From positions 1 through 64,000 of the IMG/VR virus record IMGVR_UViG_3300005077_000026: a DNA stretch of 64,000 nt, one strand, 5' to 3'. Position 1 is the stretch's first letter. Each line of letters begins with the position of its first letter. The translations under genes and the position numbers were made by a program. Positions 55,547-64,000 of this stretch are shown piece after piece. Origin of the DNA: a virus (Duplodnaviria > Caudoviricetes). The notes under the pieces were generated by a model. It searched no databases. It was not told where the DNA came from and saw only the letters and a list, made by a program, of their open reading frames with translations.

Positions 55547-58500
55547 CTATTTACCTTTTCTCTTTTGAAGTTCACTAAGTTCCCGTTCAATCTGAATAGC
55601 AAACTTTCTCGCCATTGCTCTGTCCCCGCTCATATACATAGGGTGGAAGTGTATGGAGAGACCTTCCCCTGAACGACCTCCCCCCGCTGCTGCTAACGAC
55701 ATAGACGGAGAAGTAACTGAGCCTCCTGAAGCTCTCCTTATCGACCCCCCTATCTTTCTTCTTGCCGCAAGGGCCCACTCGGGCAATTCCATGTTATTCA
55801 AAGCAGCAAATAAATCGTTTCCATACTTCTGCACAGCCTCCTTGCGGATAACCCACTCACCAGGCTCAAGGAGGGCTCTGACTTTATCCCCTCCCCCAAA
55901 TCCGGGAATCTTGAAACCCGATCGAAACTTGCCCCAACCTTCACTGATTGCGCCCCCCAACTTCCTACGGATATAGGGGATCAGCCCCCCTTTTCGCTCC
56001 AGCACGTCGGTACTATCAGCCTTATAATCATCGAAGGACTTTTTCAAATCCCCCATTGCATCGACAAGATCCTCCCCACTACTCCCACCATCATCTGCCG
56101 TGGGCAATGCCTCCCCTCCACCTCCAGAAGAATTAGTAATCACATTAAGCTCAATAGTTTTGGATTTTATCTCGTCCCACTTTTTCTTGAAGTCGGAAAC
56201 TATGTTGTAAGCCTTCTCCATGTTCTGAATGGCTTCAGTGGTATCAAGCTCCAGTTTCTTTTTGCTGGCTTCATCAACAGATTTGGTATACTCTCGGACC
56301 TTTACATCCAAATCACCTATTTCCTTTTCAATCGCAGCTACTTGCCCTTCGGCTTTCTTGGCAATGTTCTCCATGTCCTGCCCTTGGGCAATCACAGCAG
56401 TATTGATTGCTTTTATTGCTTCCTGAGTACCCTGTGCCTGGGTTTGAACAATCCTGCCATTTTCATCCTTGACTTCTCTTGCCAATCCAGCAGCCAAACT
56501 CTTAATATCCTCATAATGACCCTGGACTCTTTCCTTCATTCCATCATAGAACTCTTTGGCTTCCGCAGACGAATTCCCATAATATTGAGCGGTGACTTCT
56601 GCGGTGATCTTAGAATATTTTTCTTGGAGCTGCTTTTTATCATCCGCCAGCTTTTGCTCATCAGTCATCTGGCTCTGCTGTAGGTCTTTGATATCCTTCT
56701 GGGCAGCCGCTTTATATTTGGCAGCTTCTTTCCTCGCATCCGCTGCCAACTTTTTAAGCTCATTCGCCCTTTCTTTCAAAGAGTTTTTGAATTCATTGAC
56801 CTGTTCCTTGAACAGCTTTCCTACCTCTTTAGAAGTACTTCGCTCATACTCAAGAAGGACTTTAGTAGAAGCCTCTCTCGTTGCCTCTCTGACCTCCGCC
56901 ATGCGTTTTTCTTCGGCGATAGCAAAATCTGTGGCTTGCTGAAGAACCTTTTTAGCATTCTCCGTCATGCCCATTCCCTCAAAAGATTTTGCTTGTTCCT
57001 GGGCTATCTGTTTCCTTCTCTCCACAGATTGCTTTGAAAGAGCCTCCTCTTTCCTATAATACTCCTCAATTATTCGAACCTTTTCCTGAGCAAGTTCTTT
57101 CGCTGTCATCTCCTCTTTCTTGGTATCTTGAATAAACTTAGCAAGACCATTGGCACGGATCGTGGCAATATCTCTTTGCTGGTCTTTCTCTACAACACCA
57201 ATGGCTTGTGCTTTTTTCTTGTACTCTGCAATCTCCTTATCCAGCTTCCCCTTTAACTCCACAAATTTGATCTTATCCCCCGGATCCAATGAATCGTAAA
57301 ACTCTTTCATTGCATCAGGGAGCTTGCCTATCGACTCTACCAATTTGCCCAAATCTGTGACTACATTGGTACGCATTTCTTTGATAGCTGTTTCCACAGC
57401 CTTGATCTGAGACTCAGTAGCACCCAATTCTCTTACCATTGCAAGAATATCTTCGGTGCTCATGTTCTCATTAACCTGAGCCATTGCCCTCCCAAACTCA
57501 ACATATTTGTTGGTCAACTCTTCGGTTTTCTTTTTGACTTCATCTGACGCCATGCCCACTTCTTCTGCTTTCTTATGCAGATTTGACATAGCATTGGCAG
57601 TATTATCAATGGCATTCTTTAATCCTTCAGGCACCTCTAACCCAAACCATTTGTGAATGGCAGCAAACATCTTCAGCGTGTCAGACACCAACTTCAATAT
57701 ATCTTGAGCAACCCTTCTAAACATGCTACCCAACAAATCTGCAACCTTTCCCAATTCATCCAAAACCCCCTGCCCAAGAGCCTTAAGCCCATCCCAAATC
57801 ATAATAAGGTAGCCCTGCTTCGCTGCCGTCTCCTTTATGCTCTTTTGGTAGAGGTTGATTTCTTTGGTAAGGCTTTCAATATATTTTTGGAACTCCACAT
57901 CTTCAAACTCTTTGACTTTGGCAATATTGTCATTCAAGGCTGTGGTTGCTAACCCCAACTTATCTACAAGCTCAGGATATGCTTCTTTGAGCCTTTTAAT
58001 CGTTGCCTCATGCCGAATCGTTATGTCCTCTCCTTTGGATTGTGCCTCTGCCAAATCCTCAAGATTCTTTCTATAGGTCAGCAGGGTTTCCCAAGCCGAC
58101 TTGGATGCATCCGTTACTTCTGCCTGCTTTTTTAGAGCATCATCAGTGGTCTCAATATAAGCCTTAAGAGCAACAATGACACCCATTATTGCTAACGCGG
58201 CAATGCCCCAGGGAGAAGTCAGCCCCAAAGCTGCCAACAACCCTTTAAAGCTAAATGTCGCTACACGGACGACAGCGGAAGTCGTAGCGGTAGCAGTCCC
58301 AAATCCTGTCATCCATTTCCAAAGAGTCTGAAACTTTGTCCACACCCACTTCAAGACATTTCCCAACCCCGTAATAATCTTTCCCAAGAAGGTCAGTCGA
58401 GCAGCAGCAACCGTGGTGACACCACCGACAGTTGTTATTGTTGTTCCCATCCCACCTAACAAACCAACAACAGTTTTAATAATGGTGATCCCTGTTTTTA

Positions 58501-59866
58501 GAGACTTGAAGGCAAGATACATCGCTGCGGACCACATGGTAAAAGAAACAATTGCTTTGCCCACTGATGAGGACAGAAACTCGGCAAGAAGTTTAGCGGC
58601 TTCTCGTAGCACATCAACAAATACCTTGATTGCGTCCGTAACCCCTGCCTCACCGAAAGCGATTGCCACCAACTTCATTCTTGCAGCCAAATTCTCCAGT
58701 TTTGCTTGCAAGCCTCCCATCTGCTTTTCTGCCATCTTCGATGCCGATCCTACTTCATACATCTTACTAAGCATGGTTTGAAAGGAGCCGGTAAGGAAGG
58801 ACTTGCTCAAAATAGAAGCAGTCTGAGCACCCCTTAACCCAAACAACTGATACGCCTTGCCCATATCGATTGCTCCATCTTTTCCCTTAGACAGAACCTG
58901 AGCAAGGCGCTTCATCACAGCTTCAAAACCCTGAGTTGCTGGGTTCATTTCCTCAACACTAATACCGAGTTCCTCAAATTCCTCCCGAAGTGCTCTATTG
59001 GGGGAAAGCAACCGAGCAAGGACTTGCCTCAATCCAGTACCAATTGTACTTGCTCTAATGCCGTTGTTGGACAGAATAGACATTGCGGCTGCGGCCTGCT
59101 CCATCGACACACCAGCATCTCTTGCCGTTGCCCCTACATAGTTGAATGCCACTCTCAATTTGTCCAGGGTCAGCTTGGACCTATTGATAGCATTCGCCAT
59201 GATATCTGCTATTCGCGTAGACTCAAGGGCGCGGGTTTGGAAAGCAAAGATGGCAGAGGTGAGCAAGTCAGTGGACAGTGCCATGTCCTCAAGAGTGCCG
59301 ACAGACAAATCCGCTGCTGCTCTGATGGTCTGAATGGACTGGGTGGCATCGAAACCAGCCTGTCCAATCAGCACCATCCCCTCCGCCACCTGCTGTGCAT
59401 TCAACCGCGTATCAGAAGAAACCCTCTTGATCTCCGCCCCCATCTTCTCTACTTCGGCATCGGTGGACTGGGTAACAGCTTGCAAATTCTTGAGGGCTTG
59501 ATCGTAATCGATGATGGCGTCCTTGCCAGCAGTAAAGGACGTAGTGACCCCTTTAATAATCTGAGAAGCAATGCCGTAGCGAGTAAGGACTTTCAGGGCA
59601 CTGAGGACACCACCCCAAGACTTGGCAAGGGAAGTTAGCTGGATCTGCTGCTGTTTGAGAGCTTGAGTGGTGGCAGCGGCAGCCCCCGCAATCCCAGTAA
59701 TACCAGGGATTAATTTGGAGAAGTTTGCTCCCTTCCCCACCCCAGTCATCGCAACATTCATCGCCTTCATTCGATTCATCATGGCATCGGTTTTTACCAT
59801 GAAGTCATCGATGTTGGCAGTGAAAATGGTACCAAGTCTTATAGTACGATCAGCCATTTTTCCCAC
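55547..59866 (-). CDS. tape measure protein
   Basis: 1439 aa; TP901-like core (QQVAEGM..IGQAG, IADIMANA, GIRASTIGTGLR); Ala/Gly-rich TM region; coiled coils. Confidence 0.9.
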   Translation of the reverse strand: MGKMADRTIRLGTIFTANIDDFMVKTDAMMNRMKAMNVAMTGVGKGANFSKLIPGITGIAGAAAATTQALKQQQIQLTSLAKSWGGVLSALKVLTRYGIASQIIKGVTTSFTAGKDAIIDYDQALKNLQAVTQSTDAEVEKMGAEIKRVSSDTRLNAQQVAEGMVLIGQAGFDATQSIQTIRAAADLSVGTLEDMALSTDLLTSAIFAFQTRALESTRIADIMANAINRSKLTLDKLRVAFNYVGATARDAGVSMEQAAAAMSILSNNGIRASTIGTGLRQVLARLLSPNRALREEFEELGISVEEMNPATQGFEAVMKRLAQVLSKGKDGAIDMGKAYQLFGLRGAQTASILSKSFLTGSFQTMLSKMYEVGSASKMAEKQMGGLQAKLENLAARMKLVAIAFGEAGVTDAIKVFVDVLREAAKLLAEFLSSSVGKAIVSFTMWSAAMYLAFKSLKTGITIIKTVVGLLGGMGTTITTVGGVTTVAAARLTFLGKIITGLGNVLKWVWTKFQTLWKWMTGFGTATATTSAVVRVATFSFKGLLAALGLTSPWGIAALAIMGVIVALKAYIETTDDALKKQAEVTDASKSAWETLLTYRKNLEDLAEAQSKGEDITIRHEATIKRLKEAYPELVDKLGLATTALNDNIAKVKEFEDVEFQKYIESLTKEINLYQKSIKETAAKQGYLIMIWDGLKALGQGVLDELGKVADLLGSMFRRVAQDILKLVSDTLKMFAAIHKWFGLEVPEGLKNAIDNTANAMSNLHKKAEEVGMASDEVKKKTEELTNKYVEFGRAMAQVNENMSTEDILAMVRELGATESQIKAVETAIKEMRTNVVTDLGKLVESIGKLPDAMKEFYDSLDPGDKIKFVELKGKLDKEIAEYKKKAQAIGVVEKDQQRDIATIRANGLAKFIQDTKKEEMTAKELAQEKVRIIEEYYRKEEALSKQSVERRKQIAQEQAKSFEGMGMTENAKKVLQQATDFAIAEEKRMAEVREATREASTKVLLEYERSTSKEVGKLFKEQVNEFKNSLKERANELKKLAADARKEAAKYKAAAQKDIKDLQQSQMTDEQKLADDKKQLQEKYSKITAEVTAQYYGNSSAEAKEFYDGMKERVQGHYEDIKSLAAGLAREVKDENGRIVQTQAQGTQEAIKAINTAVIAQGQDMENIAKKAEGQVAAIEKEIGDLDVKVREYTKSVDEASKKKLELDTTEAIQNMEKAYNIVSDFKKKWDEIKSKTIELNVITNSSGGGGEALPTADDGGSSGEDLVDAMGDLKKSFDDYKADSTDVLERKGGLIPYIRRKLGGAISEGWGKFRSGFKIPGFGGGDKVRALLEPGEWVIRKEAVQKYGNDLFAALNNMELPEWALAARRKIGGSIRRASGGSVTSPSMSLAAAGGGRSGEGLSIHFHPMYMSGDRAMARKFAIQIERELSELQKRKGK

Positions 59867-60281
59867 CTAAGAATTGAATGCCCTTGTGCCTCTGCTTCAT
59901 CTCTTTGGTCAATTTCACTCGCTCCTCTTTGGAAAGACCTTCGTACTCCTTAGGATCACGAAACATCAACAAATCATCCTTAATCTCGTTACACCTTCCC
60001 CCCTCAACATCAGAAGAAGTTGAACTACCACTTCCCCCTTTGAGCTTGGCCCCGTGGATCTTTGCCATTATCTCGATATCCTGGACCTTCTCCTTTTCGT
60101 AGTAAAAGAATAGGGCAATAATCTGTCCCCTTGTCAGGCCCCCTTCCCAGTAATGCTTTCGGTAGCAATCGGCAAGGGAGTATCCGTAATGTCTACAGAT
60201 GCTGGCGACGGCCTCTCCAATAGAGATGATGGATCCACTTTTGGACCCACCCCCCGACCGAAGAGGCCCTTGAGCTTTTTT
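59850..60281 (-). CDS. tail assembly chaperone T (-1 frameshift extension)
   Basis: -1 frame open from about 60290 to 59850, in frame with ORF 59850..60068. Confidence 0.75.
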   Translation of the reverse strand, partial: KKAQGPLRSGGGSKSGSIISIGEAVASICRHYGYSLADCYRKHYWEGGLTRGQIIALFFYYEKEKVQDIEIMAKIHGAKLKGGSGSSTSSDVEGGRCNEIKDDLLMFRDPKEYEGLSKEERVKLTKEMKQRHKGIQFLGGKNG

Positions 60282-60637
60282 GCGGGGCCCTCAAAGTTGT
60301 CTTTCCACACGATCTCCACAATCTCGGAGAACTGCTCGTTGGTGATCTCCTCCTGGAGCTTTTTGGGATCCTCATCTTTTGCTACCAGCCCTATCAGGAG
60401 AGGGAAGTTGGTTTTGAATAGATCAAAGAATACGGAGGCTACCTCAGGGGACAGCTCTGGATCGTCCCCTACTTGATTGAAGAATGCAGTCAGCACCTCT
60501 TTGACCACATCGGATATCTTGAACTGATCACCGAGCGAAAGAGGGTAAATCTGGATTTTCCGCAGTCCACGAATGCCGACTTCGACTTCGTGGATCTGCG
60601 GATTGAGTTTCTTTTCCATTCCATTGTCTTCTGGCAT
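60134..60637 (-). CDS. tail assembly chaperone G
   Basis: between the tail tube and tape measure genes; contains a slippery site. Confidence 0.75.
   Translation of the reverse strand: MPEDNGMEKKLNPQIHEVEVGIRGLRKIQIYPLSLGDQFKISDVVKEVLTAFFNQVGDDPELSPEVASVFFDLFKTNFPLLIGLVAKDEDPKKLQEEITNEQFSEIVEIVWKDNFEGPAKKLKGLFGRGVGPKVDPSSLLERPSPASVDITDTPLPIATESITGKGA
60275..60281 (-). other. -1 ribosomal frameshift heptamer A AAA AAG
   Basis: GCA AAA AAG in the G frame, correct phase. Confidence 0.85.
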
Positions 60638-60682
60638 TGCTTTAAGTCCTCCTTGAGGATTAGTTTGCTTCCACCAACCAGA

Positions 60683-61321
60683 TTAGGCAGCCGTGGTGGT
60701 GGTCGTGGTGCTGGTCGAGGTCAGAGTAGACCCGTCGTTCCAAATGACAACACCGAGGGGCTTGTTGTCCCAAGCAATGTTGCCACCGGAGATTTCACTG
60801 TCTGCCCGTTTCGCCTCAATCTGAACGGCGACGGCAGCCGGCTCCTCTTCGGCGAACTCCATCTCAATCGTAGCAGACACCTGGGCCCGGGGGAAGATGA
60901 TGGTCATCGTGTTGGTGCCATCGGGGTAGGTGTACACCGACTCCATTCGGAGAGAGACAGGAGCTGCCAAGGTGCCCAACGGAATCTGCCCGTAATGAGC
61001 CTGGCTGTAGCCTGCAGGATCCAAGCCACGTGCAAGGGCGAAGTTCTTGGGGGTGATTTCTTTGAAACCCACCTCCATCATCGCAGATTCACGCAGGGGG
61101 TATACCGCATCCTCCAGCAGCGGAAAGCCCGAAAACAGCTTGAAATATTCGGCGCTGCCAGTGAACTTAGTATTTGCGAGGGCACCGATCGAGGCTGCCG
61201 CAGCAAGAATGGGATGCACCTGACCGATGTAGGTCGCGGATGCCCCAATCCTGATCTGTGCCAGCCCGAGGGCGATAGTAGTTGAGTCTTTGGTAACTGG
61301 ACCGGTTCTTGCCATACTCAT
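60683..61321 (-). CDS. major tail (tube) protein with Thr-rich C-terminus
   Basis: position, strong codon bias, IIFPRA motif; ends STLTSTSTTTTTTAA. Confidence 0.8.
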   Translation of the reverse strand: MSMARTGPVTKDSTTIALGLAQIRIGASATYIGQVHPILAAAASIGALANTKFTGSAEYFKLFSGFPLLEDAVYPLRESAMMEVGFKEITPKNFALARGLDPAGYSQAHYGQIPLGTLAAPVSLRMESVYTYPDGTNTMTIIFPRAQVSATIEMEFAEEEPAAVAVQIEAKRADSEISGGNIAWDNKPLGVVIWNDGSTLTSTSTTTTTTAA

Positions 61322-61338
61322 TCTCCTTTCTTTACGGT

Positions 61339-61680
61339 TTAGTTGGGAATAGCTACCTCTCTACCAGAAGCTGTTTCGTTTCCGATTGCCTTTGTTCGAT
61401 CCCCCTCAACGGGCGGTCGATTAGAAGGTGGCTGCGTGTGGGGAAAGAAATTTAAAACGTTCCAATGATCAGGGCTTTTTGCTCTACAGGACCTCCTCAA
61501 GCATTTCATTTTTATTGAGCCGTGAATGAGCATGTCCACAGGAAACTGCACAGTCTCACTCTCCTCAGGTCTGCGACCAAACAAGAAATGCCACAACCCG
61601 TTTGACTGCCTCTCCATCAACAATTTCCCGCAAATTGAACACCGAAAGTAACTTCTGTTGGGCTTTCCCATTTGGGGCAC
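61339..61680 (-). CDS. small Cys4 protein
   Basis: CSICG...CLRRSC. Confidence 0.55.
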   Translation of the reverse strand: MPQMGKPNRSYFRCSICGKLLMERQSNGLWHFLFGRRPEESETVQFPVDMLIHGSIKMKCLRRSCRAKSPDHWNVLNFFPHTQPPSNRPPVEGDRTKAIGNETASGREVAIPN

Positions 61681-61687
61681 CTCTCTT

Positions 61688-62158
61688 TCATACTATCGAA
61701 GCTGTCCTGCAAAAGCAGGTTAGTACTTTGTATTTGGTATCATCATCGGCATTCAATTCACCAGATTCCAACACCCTTGTTACAATTATTGCACCCAACA
61801 GAGTCCAAGGATTCGTTGCATGACTCTGATAGAAGGGAATCCGCTTATAGCCATCCGTGCTTTGTTCATCAGAAAGGGCACCACGAACCTTGTCCTTTAG
61901 TTGTGCTAACCTAAACCCCTCATTATCCTGTCTTGTACAAACGTACACCTCAAGAACGATTCGGGACATGGTATTGATCTCCATCTCCCCATATCTAATA
62001 GCAACCCACCGCGTCACCGTCTTCCCCTGCAGATCGGGAGAAGCAAGAGATCGATCAAAGGTGACAGGAACCCCCTCCGCAATCTCTATGTTATCCACAA
62101 AGAACTTCTTTACACTGTCACGGATATTGGCTTCTCGGGCTGTTGCATTAAGTGCCAT
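61688..62158 (-). CDS. putative tail terminator protein
   Basis: position upstream of the tail tube gene; size. Confidence 0.55.
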   Translation of the reverse strand: MALNATAREANIRDSVKKFFVDNIEIAEGVPVTFDRSLASPDLQGKTVTRWVAIRYGEMEINTMSRIVLEVYVCTRQDNEGFRLAQLKDKVRGALSDEQSTDGYKRIPFYQSHATNPWTLLGAIIVTRVLESGELNADDDTKYKVLTCFCRTASIV

Positions 62159-62369
62159 CTTTATATTGCTCCACTAAGCGGTCCATTGTGGGGATAAACA
62201 CCTTTTTTAGAAACTCCATCTTACGATGCGTTTCTGGTTCTTCTTCCTTATTATAGTCGATTGTCATCTTATCGAGCAAGTCCAAAATATCCCCAAGCTC
62301 CACAAGATCAAACTCGACGGTAACACAAATTCGCTTGGGTTGAACTCCAAGGATCAACATGGCTACCAC
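62148..62369 (-). CDS. hypothetical protein
   Basis: ORF in the neck region. Confidence 0.5.
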   Translation of the reverse strand: MVAMLILGVQPKRICVTVEFDLVELGDILDLLDKMTIDYNKEEEPETHRKMEFLKKVFIPTMDRLVEQYKDGT

Positions 62370-62899
62370 ATCCTTTTCATTAGATTCAGCACAATCTCAT
62401 TGTGCTTTATCCACTTATTGTCAGCAAACCAATTTGCTGTGGGGATGAAAATGGGTCGTGGGGGCTGGGGACCAGAAGAATGGGTTCTATCTCTGCCCTC
62501 TTCTAACCAAATGGCATAGGTGATGATGCGTTTTGGAGCGCCCATCAACCACCAGTTTTTACCCCCCTGATCCATTGCAGTAGGATCGACGCCAGCATAA
62601 TACCACCCACGGCCTTCCTTGAGAACCGTTAAGTTCTGCAATAGATCACGCTTCAAGATTCCGATCGCCGTGGGAAAACCGTGTCCTGCCTTCCAATCTC
62701 TATATCTTGTGCTCAGTGCGGGAACGCTTTTATGAAAATCTTGCTGAGAGATAACGCGGCTGACTTCATTGCGGTACTGATAAGCGAGGGTCTGTGGCAT
62801 CAAATTTTCTTCCAGTTTAACCACACTCCTAAGGCCAGTGACCCGAGTCATCCACCGCCTATAGTCGTAGGGATTAAATCTGGCACGAATCGAAGCCAT
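62363..62899 (-). CDS. putative neck/tail completion protein
   Basis: YAIWLEEG and PPRPIF resemble the HK97 gp10-like signature. Confidence 0.6.
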   Translation of the reverse strand: MASIRARFNPYDYRRWMTRVTGLRSVVKLEENLMPQTLAYQYRNEVSRVISQQDFHKSVPALSTRYRDWKAGHGFPTAIGILKRDLLQNLTVLKEGRGWYYAGVDPTAMDQGGKNWWLMGAPKRIITYAIWLEEGRDRTHSSGPQPPRPIFIPTANWFADNKWIKHNEIVLNLMKRMW

Positions 62900-62979
62900 G
62901 TGACATTCTCTCCAATGTCACTGTAATTTGGTCGCTTTCCGCCTCTTGCAGAAAACGTCCCCACCACAATCCCCAACTC

Positions 62980-63669
62980 TTATGGGGCTGTGGTTGTAGT
63001 AGAGCTACTGCTTGAAGAAGTGGTGGTTGAGGTAGTGGTCGTAGTAGTCGTCCACGGTCTCGTATCTTCCTCAAGATCACAAACATCCACCGCTGAAAAT
63101 CTTCTCTTTTTTACTGCCTTAACCCTGAAATATTCATCAGCAGAGATCCTAATACGATCCCCCACTTTGACTCCAATGCTCGATTGAATATAAAGTTCAT
63201 GCCCCTCAACACCAATATAGCCCACAGGAACATCGGTTTGCAAATCGTGCCCGTACAGCTGGGTGGTCACCAAACAGTAAGGAGCAGCACTGACCAAGTC
63301 CCAAATAGTCTGTATATGGTACTGTCCACCTCTCGACGCATTTCGGGGCCTGTAAATACCTGGTTGGCAATTGGTCTTATAAAGAACCACTGCCTTATAG
63401 ATCGAGGAATTTTCAAAAAGCTCCGTGTTGGAGCCCACCACAAGATAAGTATTCCCTGTTGTATCAAACTGAATCACATCTCCCGGCACTGCCTGCGTAT
63501 CGTAAGCCAACATTGCCTGGAGAAAGAACTCCTGAATAAAGGGCTTTGTAACCTGCTCATTGGTCTCATAGTCCAAATATTCCCCAGTAATATTTCCGGA
63601 GTCTCTTAAAATAGTAAAGGAAGTTCCCTCTTCCACGAGGACTTCCTTTATATCAAGACCAATGGTCAT
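62980..63669 (-). CDS. putative head-closure protein with Thr/Ser C-terminus
   Basis: neck position; GVKVGDRI; ends TTTTTTTSTTTSSSSSSTTTTAP. Confidence 0.6.
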   Translation of the reverse strand: MTIGLDIKEVLVEEGTSFTILRDSGNITGEYLDYETNEQVTKPFIQEFFLQAMLAYDTQAVPGDVIQFDTTGNTYLVVGSNTELFENSSIYKAVVLYKTNCQPGIYRPRNASRGGQYHIQTIWDLVSAAPYCLVTTQLYGHDLQTDVPVGYIGVEGHELYIQSSIGVKVGDRIRISADEYFRVKAVKKRRFSAVDVCDLEEDTRPWTTTTTTTSTTTSSSSSSTTTTAP

Positions 63670-63677
63670 TTCTGTCC

Positions 63678-64000
63678 TTAATCCGAATCAGTAGGAGTCA
63701 CCACAACCAAGTTATCATCCTCATACGTTGAATCCTGCCCGTAATCGTCGTAGCTGTAGCCGGCATCCAGCACCGTTCCGAACAGATGAACAGCACTGAC
63801 ACCAGCGAATTCTGCAGGATTCTCTTTCTTTGCTGCATTCCATTCCTGATCCATCTGACGAATCAGGGCACGGAAATGCTCAAAACGATTCTGGAGATTA
63901 ATCTGTTTGAATTTAAACTTGTATGCAGACTCACCACACAGCATAAAGAATATGTGGCGCTTTGATCGCTGTTTCACCCAGTAGTCCTGGAAGTCAGAGG
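63678..64000 (-). CDS. putative head-tail adaptor (partial; runs off the window)
   Basis: frame open to the window end; position only. Confidence 0.45.
   Translation of the reverse strand, partial: SDFQDYWVKQRSKRHIFFMLCGESAYKFKFKQINLQNRFEHFRALIRQMDQEWNAAKKENPAEFAGVSAVHLFGTVLDAGYSYDDYGQDSTYEDDNLVVVTPTDSD

Noticed and set aside
2824-62926. Many antisense or nested ORFs in the track (e.g. 2824..3354, 6454..7026, 28862..29482, 38185..38769, 48703..49335, 59024..59638, 60473..61285)
   Set aside because: They shadow well-supported genes on the opposite strand or frame and show no recognisable motifs
62980-63060. Poly-Thr/Ser tracts as microsatellite slippage or assembly artefact
   Set aside because: Synonymous codons are mixed and the tracts recur at matching positions in different genes
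62874-63086. 70-aa minus-strand ORF between neck genes
   Set aside because: It is mostly the alternative frame of the Thr/Ser tract
1-64000. CRISPR array, rRNA, integrase or canonical tRNA
   Set aside because: No regularly spaced repeats or recognisable genes were seen; the only tRNA-like element lacks an anticodon arm
1-64000. Alternative genetic code (stop-codon recoding)
   Set aside because: Long conserved genes (polymerase, helicases, tape measure) are intact and densely packed under the standard code
1-64000. Host assignment (e.g. an anaerobic diderm bacterium)
   Set aside because: Lipoproteins and Fe-S enzymes are suggestive only; no spacer match or host gene is available in this window

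Overview
This 64 kb window is part of a large tailed-phage genome with a siphovirus-like tail module (tape measure, tail tube, G/GT chaperone frameshift). There is no rRNA, canonical tRNA, CRISPR array or integrase. The plus strand (1-39.2 kb) holds small early ORFs, a T5/T4/SPO1-style replication and recombination set (SF2 helicase, primase, DnaB-like helicase, uracil-DNA-glycosylase-PolA fusion, clamp- and clamp-loader-like proteins, UvsY/SSB/RecA, RuvC, split SbcC + SbcD), and a 7-deazaguanine DNA-modification cluster (queD, queE, folE, intein-containing gat-queC, a second queC, dpdA, plus an unexplained radical SAM enzyme and a HAD phosphatase). The minus strand (39.4-64 kb) holds neck and tail genes followed by a cluster of 5 glycosyltransferases, 3 methyltransferases and an acetyltransferase, mixed with lysis genes. 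The standout observation is a probable phage-encoded mucin-type O-glycosylation system for the virion. One glycosyltransferase carries polypeptide-GalNAc-transferase-like motifs (SDGHC, YGGGENF). Four co-oriented proteins (tail tube, head-closure protein, a tail adhesin, a methyltransferase) carry Thr/Ser-rich tracts, three of them ending in TTTTA[P/A]. All product calls come from motifs read by eye; no database searches were run. Start codons were adjusted from the ORF track where an RBS or motif supported it.
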